The position numbers and the translations under genes are program-made. A DNA stretch of 64,000 nucleotides. Source: Camelus ferus (lineage: Eukaryota). The DNA lies in assembly GCF_009834535.1 (NCBI RefSeq), contig NC_045732.1, positions 30,008,001-30,072,000 on the forward strand. The letters are read 5' to 3'. The notes below the pieces were generated by a model, which made no database searches, was not told the DNA's origin, and saw only the letters and a list, made by a program, of their open reading frames with translations. Below are positions 1-13,905 of the stretch, piece by piece; the stretch's first letter is position 1, and the number at the start of each line of letters is the position of its first letter.

Positions 1-354
1 CAGAGGAATATAAAAATGGAAGGCTCCCCTATTGTTACTTAGGAATTGAGGCTTTATCTATATGTGGTCAATTAATACACACTGAATAAGTAACTAGGTG
101 AATGATGAATATTATGAAATAATACAAAATAATGTATAAAATAAATAGATGTAATGATTTGTGTTTGCTTTATACTTAGGAGTAGGTAACACGCTGCAAA
201 AATAGGTGGGTCAGTAACAGAAATGTCATTCTTAAAAAAATGTGCAAGGAAGCAACTTTCCATCATGGTCAAATTACTTCAGATGCCTTGAATTCATGAA
301 TAAAACACTCCATCAAATTTTATGCATCTCAAGCACTTCTCACACATTTATATT

Positions 355-535
355 CACAACATCCAAGTGAGGTAGGAAAGGAGAAATATTTCATTTTTCT
401 TATTTGGCGAAATGAAGATAATGAGGCACAAGGAGGTTAATGATAGATTTGAAGTTAATGCAATCAGTCAGCAGCAGAACCATAGTTAGAATTCAGGTTC
501 TCTGAATCCCACTTAGAGTTCTTTTCAAGATACTG
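355..535 (-). mobile_element. MIR SINE fragment
   Basis: Resembles the reverse-complement MIR core (gaggtagg...gatAATGAGGCACAAGGAGGTTAA...agaattcaggttctctgaatcc); boundaries approximate. Confidence 0.65.
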
Positions 536-959
536 TGTTAACTATATATCATTTGTTGGAGGGATTTAATTCAGCCATGTAGACACAAATGCTCACAATT
601 TTTTTTTCCCTACTAAGGGATCTTGCCATTAATTCAACTGCTGAGATGTAGAACAGGCAGATCTATACTGAAGACATAGCATCAATGTTAATTCAAGTCA
701 TTTCCTGAACTAACTTCTGTTCCTTTCCCTATAAATTCTATATTTTTCCACATCACACCACTGAATTATTAAGATTCACTGAATACACCCTTTGGAATTA
801 TTAACATGCTATATATCAAAAAATATGGATTTTTCATTTTGTTTTTATAGATAGAAAGTCAGGACATAGTGATTAGAATGGCAGAATGTGGTTAAATGAG
901 CCCCTAAAATGTAGTTTTTTAAGGTAGAAGGTCAAGTTTTCAAGATACCACATTTTCTT

Positions 960-2095
960 ATTTATCCTCCAACTTCACTAGTCACTTCTTTTTATTCTCC
1001 TTTGCTATTTCTCCTCTTTTGACCCACTTATTAATGTTGGAATTCTTAATCCTCTCCTTTTTTCTATCTATACTTTTCCCTTGGTGAGATCATACAATCT
1101 TATAGCTTAAAATGTTATGCTAACAACCCCCAAATTTAAATGTCCAACCTAGAACATTTTCCTAAACTCTAAACTCATACAGTGAATTGCCTACTCATAT
1201 CTCCACTGAGATGTTAACAGATATCTCACACTTAATTTGAAACCCTCCAAAAACCACCCAGCTCTAGCTGCAGTCTACCATCTCACTTGAGGGCAACTTT
1301 ATCCCTTCAATTGATTAGAGCAAAAAACCCTGGAGCCATTAGTGAGATGACTGAATTTCTCCCATAGTTTTCCAATCCATCAAGAAATCCTTGTTGACCC
1401 CAGCATCAAATATATTCTGAATATCACTCCTTCTTACCATCCTAATCTGTGCCACCATCATCTTTGACAAAATTACCATAAGAGCCTTCTAACTTGCTTT
1501 GAGCCTCCCCTCTTCCCCACATCCAGAGTAATTCTTTTAATACATGTCAGATCTCATCCATAAAATCTTCCATAGGCTCCTATCTAACTCAGAAGGAAAG
1601 AGAACATTCTTACAATCGCCTCCATGGTCCACCATTAACTTGCTAATAACCTCTCCTATACATCTCTCACTTCACTTTAGCCACATGTAAATAAAGTATC
1701 AGGAATAGTAGATAAATTGATGAGTTAGGAATTCTGTATTGACTGCTCCCTCAGGCCAAGACATTTCTCCTTCAGACATTTAATATGATTCACTCCCTTG
1801 CCTCATTTCATGAATTTGCTCAAATGTCACCTTCTCTGTGAGAACTATCTTGATACGCTATTAAAGTTAGAATGCACCCCAGCATAAGTCACCCTCTACT
1901 TTGCTCTACCTCTTTTCCACAGTACTCATCATCTTTTAACAGACTATAAAATTTACAGGTTTTGTGTCTTTACTGTCTGAGCCCCAGAGAATCCAGAGGT
2001 CTTCATATTTTCTGTTATGTTCACTGAGGCATCTCAAATATCTAGAGTAGTGCCTGACACATAGCAGGTACTCAATAAATATTTGTTGAATTAAA
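960..2095 (+). mobile_element. LINE-2 (L2) 3' portion
   Basis: Pyrimidine-rich L2 body ending in the canonical L2 3' terminus gtgcctgacacatagcaggtactcaataaatatttgttgaat (about 2050-2092). Confidence 0.85.
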
Positions 2096-4964
2096 CTGAT
2101 GCTGAATTAATTACTTTCAGTTGCCTAATCTCAGAATTAGTTTTAGAATATTGAAGGAAATGAGCAAACAGATGATGAAAGTAGGCACATGCAGATTGAG
2201 TAGAAATTAACGGAAGGAGAGAAAGACATGAGATTATAATGGAGAGGGATAAACACACATTATGTTTTTCTACTGAGGGCAGGACACAGAGGCAGGGATG
2301 TAGACAAAGGGAACATCCATGAAGATAATAATAGAGATTTTCACCACTTCAGGAAACTAAAAGGAATTATATATTTAAGGTCAAGGTTTAAGAGACTCGA
2401 CTAAATTAGCATTCTCCTTCCCCACTCCCCAGGATTATATTATTTCAATAGATCATTGGTTATTTCATGGGTTATCAGGAGTAGTTACTGTTACTTACTT
2501 ATATAAGTCTGACTAATAAAAAATAAGTGATAAACGTAGTTTTCTTTGTGGGCAAAATACTGAGAAAATAGGGTCCACGTGAGAATGAGAAGTTAAGGGA
2601 TCCTCAGAGGTGAAAATTGTGTCCATTACTGATGTAAGCTGCCTGTGTACAAATAGTGAGTTGCATGCTGACTGCAGTAAGAACTAGTATCATAGTTCAC
2701 CTATGAAATATATTATTGAAATAGGAGTTTACTTGTGTGACCATTTCTGGTCAAGACTTTACAAAAGAGTTCCAAAGGAAAGATACTCTACCAAAATGCC
2801 AAAACCCACATATTTTTCATTTCTGAAAGTTATTGCTAAAATTGTCTAGATCTAAAAATTAACAAGGATTCTATAATTATTTAATCTGCATCCACATTTC
2901 CAAAACCAAAAAGGTATCCTTGGTCATTTAAGTTATAGATGTGTTTTTATGTACAACTTTCCAAATTAATAGTCCACTAGCTCTGTCAGTTATAGCAGTA
3001 ATAAAAAATAAGTTTATGTAAAATTCTCTGAGACTCAAAGTGATCTACATGCAAATATATGGAAATGATTTCTTTCTTAAAACAGTAATAAAAGGTGTGT
3101 TTGAGAAATTCATGCCTTGGAATAATAAATGATGTTCACATAATCATTCTCTTAAGTTGCTTATTTTTATTTACATGCATGCTTTATTAGCTACTTTAAA
3201 GTAGTTCACACAAATACAAATTTAAAGTTGTTGAATATTTTAGGATACCTCAAATATTTAACTTACATTTCCTATCAAAATATACTCATTTAATATTAAT
3301 GGATTCCTAATTTGCAGTTATCATTACTATACACATAAACTGCACAAATCAAGATACATAGGAAGCAAATGTTAATACTAAAATTTAATCATGAACTTAA
3401 TGGACGACATATTATAATTAGTATATTAATTGGAATGGCATAATACAACTGTTTAGAGTTCATGGTGTTAGAAATATCTGATTACATAAATCATTAGGAA
3501 TCGATTCTCACAAACTAAACATTAAAGCTATAGGAAATGATGTACTTTATAACATTTAATTGGAATTTTCTGATATTTAACTTTTCATAGTTGGCAATAA
3601 CTGGAAATCACAGTTTTCTTTTTAGTAACATTTGTCATTGTGTTCTATGTAAACCAACTCTGAAACCTCAAATGGCTGCATTTGGGGTATGTCTCTTCAA
3701 CATTTGGTCCCTCTAGTTGGGAGGCCCATTGGCATTCTAGTCCCTGTCAGTCTGTCTCATCTGGTGTATCCCAGCCAGGCCTTCAGATATAATGCCCACT
3801 GAGAACAGAAAAACTGAAGTCATTTATACTAGGATGATATCTCTGTTGTCACTACCTATTACCTAGACAATTGGTCACACTCTCCTCCCTGCTTAGGTTA
3901 CTTTCAGTAAGGCATATATTCCTTTACATTGAACATTCCATTTCTGGCAGCTGAGGTCAATCTACAAAAAGCCAGGTAGCAAATTAATGTAGATTACAAG
4001 GAAAAGTGAACAAGCAGCAGTGCTTGAGAAACCACCATAGATTAGAGATAAATTGTGACTTGAACATAGCACAATCTGGTACCTAGTTCTGACTTGTTCT
4101 TCAAAAAATAGGATTCACATTTTGTGAGAACCATACTGATTTTGAAAACCAACCATCTGATGATATACGTATTCTAATTCTCTGATGGACAAGGTAAAGC
4201 TCTCAATGTTTTACTGCTGTCTAGAAAGGCACACTATTATCTACAATATGCATCATTAGCACAGATAACATAAATGTCTTTAAACATGAGTTATTCTGTT
4301 CCCAAATATGTTAATCTCATTTAGAATGCTGAGTTAAGCTATAGGAGATTAATCTTGGAGATCCAAATCTTGGAATTTCTATCCTCATTAATTCCTCCCA
4401 CTTGATTTGTGTATTCCATTGCCATTACACCAAGTATTTGATGCCCCCTTGACAGAAAAAGTATCAATTATTAGGGCAAAATAACTCCTAACAGCCATAA
4501 ACTCATTTGAAGTTCAGAACTCTAGAGATGGAAAAAAAAGTCTTCTAGTGAATGAAAACTTTATGAACAAAAGAGGTGAGCCAATATAAACTCTGCAAAG
4601 GAAATCCTAATCCAGCAAAGAGACACGTCATTATACAAGGATGCTAAGTGACTGATAAGGACAAATTTGATGTGCATTAACAGGGAATGTCCTTTTAAAA
4701 TAAAAGGTAACACTTGTACGGTAGAGCTGGCAAAGCTAAAGAAAAAATTGCCTGCAAATGAAAGTAGTTTTTAATTTCAGGTTCTTGGGGAAACAAGGTC
4801 TTTGAGCTGTCCATGGTGCTGGATTAGACTAGTCCTTCAGAACACCTAGATCCTGGCATACATCATAGTTTGCTGTTTGTAGACCTGTCAACCCTGCTGT
4901 GATTCTTAGATGTAGTTGTTTAACAAAATTTATAAGGTCATTCCTGCATGTTTTATGGCCAGCT

Positions 4965-5095
4965 ATGAGACTGTCTATGATTACCTGATATATACCTAAT
5001 AACATCAAGTATTCTGATTTGTTAGGTTTTGGTGGGGTCCAGGCATTTCTATGTTATCAAACATCCTCATATGATTATAAGGAAGGACTAAAATC
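4965..5095. mobile_element. MER5A/MER5B-like hAT MITE fragment
   Basis: attctgatttgttaggttttggtggggtccaggcatttc...atgatt matches the MER5 core; heavily diverged. Confidence 0.5.
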
Positions 5096-5364
5096 CTGCT
5101 TAGACTATAGTCTCCTCAAGGTTTCTCATCTGAATCTCCAACCAAAGTGTATCAAGTGTTTCTAACAGAGCAATGATTCTGATTCCACTAAGTGGTTTGA
5201 TTAGACTTTATATATGACATTTGGACTTACACCATTGAAACTTCACTTATGACAATTCTCTTCCTTCTATTCTATTTCACTTCCTTCTGTTTTTCCCTAT
5301 TCAAATCTTGTCTGTTCTCTGAGTCATCTTCTTCATGAATTCACGCTTCACTACTCTAGACCTT

Positions 5365-5578
5365 AATAGCACGATTTTTTAAGTCATACAGACTTTGACT
5401 TGAATCAATAACTGTGTTGAAGCAACTCATTTCACTTTATAACTCTTTGTTTGCTTACTTGTAAAATGTGAATAACTATTACCACACTGCATATTTCCTG
5501 TGAGGGTAACAAGAAATAAACTTTCTAAGGTACCCGGCACAGTATCAGATACACAGTGGGCCATGGCATGTTAGTTCT
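5365..5578 (+). mobile_element. MIR SINE
   Basis: MIR-like core (cttgtaaaatgtgaataac...tgtgagggtaac) and 3' end (cccggcacagtatcagatacacagtggg...ttagtt). Confidence 0.7.
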
Positions 5579-6554
5579 TTTCCCCTTCCTCTTCTAAATC
5601 CCCTTTAAACATATGTATCCTTTATTACTTTATCTCATCTAATTGGCTCTTGTTTCTAGCATGTGCCTCATCAACCAGCCTTTAAGATCCTTGACTAATA
5701 ATAGCCATTGCATATGGAGTGCATAGTGGGTAGATGCCAGGAACTGTGCAGAGCACTTAACATATCTTGGCCAAGAAGACTCAGCTATTATGTAGCAGAG
5801 CTGGAATTTTGAATCTCAAGCCCCAGTTTCTAACAACTACACCATATTAAGGTCAATGACCATTCAATTTTCCTTCTACCATGTCTAAGCCAAGTATCTG
5901 GCATATGGATTAAGCAATATCAGAGCTTTTTTCACTCTAAGGAAGAAAACGCATTGTCTATATCCTACTCTGCTGAATTAGCATCATCATCAGTCTATTC
6001 AAAAAGGACAGCCAATTGCCCTATCATTTAGTAAATGACTTACTTAGGATACCAAGAGAAACATTTTTTGAAACCAAGAAGTAACACAGCTCCTAAATTG
6101 CTTTATCTGCACTCTTCAGGGTGTATGTACTGGAAAATCTGAGAATATCATTCATTTTCATATTCTTCACATTTTCCAGAGGGATAATTCAGTAGATGCC
6201 CCCTGTTTGGGCAATGATTAAGCTGATTATAGGAGACTCACATCCTCTTTGCTAATCTTGGCTGCTCCACTATTCTCATCAAGTTCAAATTATCACAATC
6301 AAGCAAGTGACCAACAAGAAGGGACCAAAATATTACAATCTCAGTCAACATAATTAAAGAGCCAGGAAGAGTTAGATGTTCTCATATTCATCAACTTCAA
6401 TTTATCAGGATTACCACAGTTAGGGAGAGAAACCTAGTGTTACAATACTGAAATACATGATCAGTTAAGTTTAAAGAAGTTAAAACATACTTAGTATATA
6501 ACACAATAATGGCTTTGACACACTTGTGTTAACTTTGTAAAAGTCATCATATAA

Positions 6555-6880
6555 ACTTCCTTCTGGTGATGAAATAGATCTGTGTCTTGATTGTGGTGGT
6601 GATTATATGGCTCTAAATAAGGAATTAAATGTCACAGAACAATACATAAAGATATACAATCAAAGACTGTATGCAAAAACTGGTGAAATCTAAGTAAGAT
6701 CTGCAGCCAAGTTAATTGTATCATGCCAATGTCAATTTTCTGGGCCTGATAAAGTGCTATATTTATTTAAGAACTTACCACTGGGGAAAGTTGGGTAATA
6801 TGTACACAGGAACTTTCTGAACTATTTTTTTTTAACTCCTTGCGTGTTTATGGCTATTTCACAATAAACAATCTTAAAAC
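6555..6880 (+). mobile_element. L1 3' end, L1MC/L1MD group
   Basis: ttctggtgatgaaatagatctgtgtcttgattgtggtggtgattat...aactggtgaaatctaagtaag...ccaatgtcaattttctgg...ggggaaagttgggt matches an old L1M 3'UTR. Confidence 0.8.
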
Positions 6881-8269
6881 ATTTTTAAAATTCTTTAGAA
6901 ATTTGGTGTGTCTTTAGAAATTAATGAAAGAAGAGGGAAGAGTCTGGCTGATTCCTAAGAGGAAATTTTTCTTTCTTGTATACTAGAAATAAAAAAGAAA
7001 ACATAAGTTACTATATTAACAAGTTATGAGAAGTTTTTTTTCCTTCAAAATGCTTCAAAGGATGTGAATCAATTTCCTCTGTGAGAGTGATACACTAAAA
7101 TTATTTATTTCACCCTTGTTTTAGTCTTCTGTTTATATATCAGTTCTTAAACCTGCCAATATTTAGTCACTAACCTTAAGTTATGGCTGAATTTGCAATA
7201 TATTTAAAGATGTGATTTGAATTTACCTTTTATAAGATGCTGTAAGGTAATATGGTGCTATGACACATATCTATAAAACTGTATTTCCTCTTTAAATGGA
7301 ACTGAGTTTGTTCCTGATATGTTTAACTGAAGTGATTAAATAGGCTGAATTAGAACATACTGGTTTTTAAATGGTCTAGCCACATTTGTGTTAATTTTTT
7401 ACAAGATTATACAATGAGGATATATTGCTCACAAAAAAATTTTAAAAAGCAGCATATGAAAATTGTCAACACTGGGGTAAAATTTAACTCCCAATAGTAG
7501 AGTATTGGAAAATTCACTTAAGAAAAGGCATTAGGAGTCACTTTTCAAAATTCCTACTGACATAATTTCTGTTATCAAAGAACAGCAGAGAAATAATTTT
7601 CAAAATTATATAGGTTATTAAAAGAAAATTTGAAATTATGTACTTTCACCACTAAAATTTGCTCATACAAGATAGATGTAACTTGGGTTTATATTCTTGA
7701 AAGTTTATTCCTCTTCATGGAACATAGGAGTTCTGATTACCTCACCTCATCATTAAGTCTATTATTGCTTATGCAGTAACATTTAATATTTTAAAATTAA
7801 ACAAAAATAGTTAATTCTCCACTTCTGAATGGCCTCAGTGTGCTCTCTTTATTCAATGACAATTAGTATGCATAATCTTAAGCCTGCAATTGTTGTCTTC
7901 CTTTGCTTTTGAGATCTCCTAAATCATTTTAGTCCTATTTTAAAGAACTATTTGCTAAAGAGTATTTATAAGAAAAAAAATCTGGAACTGAATATAGTAA
8001 AGTTCAACATACACATGAGATCTTGCATAGTTTATGAAATAATAAATATATACTCTTATAGAAAACTTTGATTTAAATTAAAAAAAAATCTGTGGTTGCT
8101 TCATAAGAAATGATGGCCCTTGTGAGGATGGTAGATAATAGCTGGAAACTTTTCCAGGAAATCAAAACTCTTTGTTCCAGCTGCACAGACTGGAATGGCA
8201 GGATGATAACAATGCAGGAGAAGGGAGATGGAGACAAAAGATACAGTGGATGTTGGCTTGATGTCCTTG

Positions 8270-8420
8270 ATTCATTCTTTCCATAATTAGATACTGAGGA
8301 CTGACTATATCATCAGTGCTGCTGGACACAAGGGATATACTAATGAAAAAAATGAAAAGATGCCTTTCCTCATTGTGCTTACATCATAACTGGAGATAGA
8401 AAAAAATCAAGGAGGCAGTA
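8270..8420 (-). mobile_element. L2 3' end fragment
   Basis: Reverse-complement L2 terminus pattern (cattc...tactgaggactgactatatcatcagtgctgctggacacaagggata...cttacatcataactggagatag). Confidence 0.6.
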
Positions 8421-8974
8421 AATAAGAGCCATGGAGAATCGAGACAAAGAGCTGAGTTATATAATAATGTTAATGAATGGTGCAGGTGGAGGAGGTGTCC
8501 CCAGACCATGTGGTCAGGCCTCTCCTTGGAGCCCTGAGGCTGTACTGATGAGAGAAAATGCAGAGGAGAATATCTGTTCCAGAGAGACACTCTGAAGACT
8601 GTGTTAAAGCTTCCCACATCAAGGGGGATGTGCTGACTCTCCTTTTGTTTGAATATTATCAAAAGCTTACACAGGGAATAGCCCATCCTACCTCATCCAC
8701 CTTCACTGCCCTTCCATCTCTGAGAAAAAGAGAGGTTTTGACAAAAGGCTTTAAAATTTGGTTCTTTTACTTGCACTTGCTGAATTCCCTTGGGTTTCCT
8801 TGGATGCTATCTATACTATACACTTCACGGAAAAGTTGAGAAGATTAAACAAAATCATGGTTAAGAATATGCGCTGAATATTGTACTTTATTCATTTAAT
8901 GCAAGGCATTAAAGTAAAAGTAAAATCTGATTCATTCCATGATGATAGGGAACCATCCTTATCCTTCTTTGCAA

Positions 8975-9220
8975 AACAGAGGAGAAAAAGTCATACAGTC
9001 TTTGAAGTCAGGTAGCAATGGTTCTAAATTTCAGATGCATCACTTCTTGCTGTGTGATCTTGGGGAAGTTACTTAATTTCTGAGCCTCAGTATCCTCATA
9101 GATACATTAAAGCTAAAGCTTTGTGTATCACTGTTGGAATAATACCATGCATGTTAGTCACCCGGCATAAAGAATAGTAGTTATAATTACTGCCGCCGCA
9201 GCCACCACCACCATTATCAT
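8975..9220 (+). mobile_element. MIR SINE
   Basis: gctgtgtgatcttggggaagttacttaatttctgagcctcagtatcctcat is the MIR core. Confidence 0.85.
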
Positions 9221-9229
9221 TTAAGAACC

Positions 9230-9565
9230 TACTGTCGATATGACCTAGTCTCTCACTGAGTCTTAGTTCAGCGTTCAAGGCTAATATTTTATATGACATT
9301 CCCTAAATCACCCTTCACTGAACATAGCTTTCTTCTCATTGTCTTCTGGGTAAATCATCCTCCATCCTGCCTATGTAGTTGCCCACATTGCTTGGAGCAT
9401 CTTTCCTATTTTCTCTTCAGTAAATTTAGAAGACTTCTGTAGGTCTACCAGACCATGAAATCAAAGGCTGTGTTCCTGCCTTATTTGTTTCTTGTTGTAA
9501 CCTCAGCACTTAAAACTGAGTCCTATATTAGGAGCTTAATACAAACATATTAAGTATGATTAAAT
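9230..9565 (+). mobile_element. L2 3' fragment
   Basis: L2-type body and terminus (cctcagcacttaaaactgagtcctatattaggagcttaatacaaacatattaagtatga). Confidence 0.6.
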
Positions 9566-11689
9566 GTCACAGCTGAAGTTTTTCCTCCCCACATGAATCT
9601 TTTCCTTATTACACAGAACTGCACAGGAATTTACTGCCCTGAATTACTAGGAATCTTTGACTGAACTTCTCATTTTGGAAAATCTGCATATTTTATTCAG
9701 CATAGTTCACTTTCATGGGGCAGGGAGTGTTGGAGAACAGGACAGGATCCTTCAGTAGTCAAGTAATTGATTCTATACATTGAAACCATGCAATTCAAAT
9801 AATGGCAACTAATTGTATGTTGTAAGCTGCCAGATTTTCTCACAATAATTCAAAGTACAAATAAATCCTTATATTTTAAGTGTCTACTAGATATTGAAGA
9901 CCAACGTTCACTAATTGATTACTGTGTATAACTCAAAGCTTGTATTTCCAGTATGACTGAGACACAGAAGAATATCCTAGTGCTGGGTACCCAATTAAAC
10001 TCTTAAGACTTGCCTATCTCCAATAAATTGTATGCAAATAATTTCCCTAATCTACTTCTATTCTCCATTATGATACAGAATTTGAGGTCGTGATATTCTC
10101 TGGAAATCCATTAATTTCTAAGGCAAAATCTAGGTGACACAATTGTAGAAGATGTTGCAACTGATTTCCCTCAAACACAGTTCTGTAGCCATAGAATCAT
10201 CTCAAATCTGCCACCTTTAAAGCTGAACTCTTCTCCATTCCACTCAAAAGGATCCTCACTAGAGTTTTAATGGAAAATGTAAATTATTAGAGCCAGGACT
10301 TTTCTCTCTGTATGTTTTCATGAGAAAAGTCTCCATTACTTTTTCTATTAAAATAGTATCAAATGCGAAGGCACATCAAACCTTAGCATGTTTATTATAT
10401 AGAAGTTGTTACAGAGACATTCCCAAAATAACATTTCTGGTAAAATAATTTAAAATCTGTTTTAAATAAAAGTTGCTTCTAATTCATTTATACAACCAGC
10501 ACTTAGAAGTAATAGATGTGGATTCTATTTGAAAGTCAGGATTCATCTTATTATGACATCATATTACAAAAATATGTGTAGGCAAGACAAAAAGAATCCA
10601 CTGAGAAGGATCTTTGGTTAAAAAATGGGAACAGAATAATAAGTAAAATCATGATGGCTAAAGAGCATATTTAATCTTCATTATGTTGAATTATATATGA
10701 GATTAGGCAAGGACATACTGGCCTTTCAAAAATAAAATCCCCATATTGAAATTCATCTTCTTTTAAAAGTATACAAACACAAACAGGAAAGTGAAACAAA
10801 ACAAAACAAAATCCTCTCTGGCTCAAACAGTATGAAGGAAACACAAAAATAACAAAGGTTTATCACTAGATATGTATTCAAACCCCTGCTGCATGTGTGT
10901 AAGTTATTTTAAAAAATGGTCATTGTTAGGATTTTGCTGGAAGTGGCTTGTTACTGTGAATAACAATGCTATTCCCATAACTTCTAAGGGTGTAATAGAT
11001 AAGGCACATATACACACAAATATTGTGAGTAATGGCAACATATTTAGTCACTGGAGCTTTCACTGTACTATGCCTGGGTGTGCCTCCAACTGATGTTAAA
11101 TTTAGTAGCATTTGAAGCCTCTTAGAAAAAAAAAAAAAAAAAACAGTTCCAAAGAGTTGGAAAGGGAAGGTGTTTTCAGTTCAGCACAGCATGCTCCTTG
11201 CAGTAGCGAGTAGCTCTGAAGGCTTCCTGCTCAGTTGCTCTGCCAGAGAACTATGTTAAAATGTGTTGGTATTCTAGAAAAAATAAGTTCACCTCACACA
11301 CTGTATTTCCTCAATTTCCAAGACAACAATGATTTACTGTTAAGTTAAAAATCACAAAGAGTAAAATACTGCTATTTCTCTGTTATAATTTGTTATCTCT
11401 ATGTGAATGTGCATTCACATTTTAGATAATGTATACATTTGAATTACAATGCCTAAAATAAATTCAAACACATGTCAGAGAAGCCACCACATTACAGCCT
11501 CTTGAAAATCACAAATTGAAATGCTCTAATGATATGATTATAATTTAATACTAATATCAAAGTTATTATTTTCCTATTATTTTCATTCACCAATTGCTGT
11601 GAATTATTGGTAGAGTTATAAGAGCAAGACATCAGAATATTTATTAACCATACTCTACTTGGTATATTTTAAAATTGAAGCCACATGAA

Positions 11690-11815
11690 ATCTAGCTTGT
11701 AAAATGGGAAAAATGATAATAGTAACCTCAGAGATTGTGCTAAGAGTAAAATGAGATAATGTACGTGAGATTTCTTTGTACATTTTAAGAGCCTGCCATG
11801 GCACTGTTACATTGT
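11690..11815 (+). mobile_element. MIR fragment
   Basis: cttgtaaaatgggaaaaatgataatagtaacctcagagattgtgctaagagtaaaatgagataatgtacgtga. Confidence 0.7.
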
Positions 11816-11994
11816 GTATCTGTTGTTGAGGACATCCCTTCCATAAGTGCATAGAACAGTGTTTACTGCTTTTTAAGTCTCAGTGTGGTCTTTTACCAAA
11901 AGAAAGTTCACTTAAAGATTATTTTTCAGTCCTCTAATTCTGCAAAATATGTTCATATAATTATAAACTATAGACAGACAGATAACAAATAGAG

Positions 11995-12110
11995 ATGGAG
12001 AGGGAGAGAGAGAGTGAAGAAGAGAGAAAGAGAGGGAGAGAAGTAACTGGGTTGATGGATGAATGGAAAAATGGACAGGTAGATAGACAGCTAGAAGGAT
12101 GGATAGATAG
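11995..12110. repeat. GA-rich / (GGAT,AGAT)-like low-complexity tract
   Basis: Visible gagagggagagagagagtgaagaagagagaaagagagggagag followed by gatggatgaatgga...gatagacag...ggatggatagatag. Confidence 0.8.
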
Positions 12111-12119
12111 CATGTATAA

Positions 12120-12760
12120 TCTTTGTCAAATTACTTAACTTCTCTTCTTTCAGTTTTATCATATATTAAAAGGGGCAATAATAGTACCTAGTTTATGAGA
12201 CTGTTGTGAGCCTTAAGTTAGTTGATCCTGACACATGGTAAGAGTTCAGTAAATGTTAATTATTTTTCATTGTAGCTGTTATTAGGCTCTTTAACAATCT
12301 GTCACATATTTCCATGTAATTTTTATGCATAGATTAGATATAGCCTAATAATGAGATTATCAGTTAGTGAGCACACTCTGTGTGTCTAAGGGCAGTTGTT
12401 TTATACACTCTAAGACATATTATCATGAACACAATCCTTTAAAGTACTTATATTGATACCATTTTACAGATGAGACAATTAAGACTTAAAGCATGTGTTT
12501 AAATTTCCCAAGATCTTAGAGCTGCTAAGTTGCAAAGGCAAGAATAGAAACCAGAACCAATGACAGCAGGATGTCTGCTCCAGCTCAGATGTTTACTTGC
12601 TGCACAATCTCTGTGAGCTGCTGTTTTCCTGCCATGGTGGAACTTATACCTCATAGGGTTGTTGTGAAGATGAAATGAGACAATGCATGAAGGTGCTAAC
12701 CAGAATGTCTGGCACATTATAATCAAATATATAACCAACAAACTTGGAAAATTTGGTGAT
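12120..12760. mobile_element. Three adjacent MIR fragments (+ about 12120-12290, - about 12330-12590, + about 12600-12730)
   Basis: Forward MIR cores (ttacttaacttctc...cagttttatcat; cttatacctcatagggttgttgtgaagatgaaatgag) flank a reverse core (ccattttacagatgagacaattaagacttaaag...cttcccaagatc). Confidence 0.75.
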
Positions 12761-12999
12761 GAACTCGTAGTGATGGTCACTGGACCATGGAGTAATGTTT
12801 GCTTTCCTTCTATCACTATGTGCAACTTACTTGTCTTTTGTGTAGTGCAGCTTGTTCAACTCATCTTATTTTGAGTATAAAACTTAAAATATGTTATTTT
12901 CAAATTATACCTTACTTGTACTGATAATGTGTTTAGAGTTTAAAAGTAAATTATCATTTGATTTTTCCATAAATTCTATGAAGTCAAGAATTATTATGC

Positions 13000-13170
13000 T
13001 TCTTTCTTAACTTTTTCTTATGTGAATTTGTAGACATATACAGAAGTAGACAACATAGTACAATAAACTTCCATATACCCCCTACCCAGGTCCAGCAATT
13101 ATCAACTCAAGGCCAGTTTTGTTTCATCTCTATCCCACCTCCACACCCAGCTTTGTTTTATTTTGCAGCA
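13000..13170 (-). mobile_element. L1ME-type 3' fragment
   Basis: catatacagaagtagacaacatagtacaataaacttccatatacccc...cagcaattatcaactcaaggccagttttgtttcatct matches the reverse L1ME 3'UTR. Confidence 0.65.
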
Positions 13171-13689
13171 GATCCTAGGGAATCCTTCTTTTGATATCTG
13201 GATACTGAGATAATCAGTGTTTCAGGTGACACAGATAATATATGACAAAGTTGTGAATTAAAAATAGATCTCTCAATATTTCTGTGTTTAATTCTCATCA
13301 TATTAGAGGCAACATCTTTGTGATATATGTAATATACAGTGAAAAATTACATACTTTACTGATTCCCATATGGCTTTGGGTGGACACCAAATAATTGATC
13401 ATTTGGTTATATGTACAAATTAGGATCATCTCATATTCTTTATTAAACAGATGAGCTGATAAGTGACAGACATGGATTTTTAGAAAAAAATATGTGATAC
13501 AAAATAAAACAGCTATATAAGCTACACTGTAAAGTTAACAAGAAAAATAAGTAGTGAATAGGGATTTTTTGAGTGTGTGTGTATGTGGCATATGTGTCAT
13601 CATAGAGAAAGGTTCAAAAACTTACACACCAAAATATTAGTTATAGATTCCAACTGGTACTTGGATTTTCATATAAGCATACCAAAAAT

Positions 13690-13905
13690 CTAGCTAGCTC
13701 TGTCTGGGTTTGAATTCTCACTTTACCATTTGTAAACTGTGTACACTCAAGTTTCTTAACTCATATCTATACTTCCTCATTTTTAATATGGGAGTAGTAG
13801 CGGTATCTAATTCACAAGTTATTTGGAAGATTAAATAAGTAAATCCATGTAAACTACTTAGACCTATGCATGTTAGTTATTATTATCATTAATTATTATT
13901 ATCAC
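13690..13905 (+). mobile_element. MIR SINE
   Basis: ctgggtttgaattctcactttaccatttgtaaactgtg...cttcctcatttttaatatgggag...gaagattaaataag and a (TTA)n tail. Confidence 0.75.

Noticed and set aside
6044-6138. Minus-strand acceptor/donor pair encoding IFQYIHPEE (PAS-domain-like)
   Set aside because: All three frames contain stops; the resemblance covers only a few residues.
8384-8839. Overlapping 100-aa and 93-aa ORFs
   Set aside because: No homology recognised, adjacent to or within L2-derived sequence, and no consistent splice sites.
11178-11200. TTCAGCAC, the left half of a REST/RE1 site
   Set aside because: The right half (GGACAG) is absent.
12120-12760. Inverted MIR arrangement as a dsRNA or editing substrate
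   Set aside because: Copies are too diverged from each other for a stable duplex.
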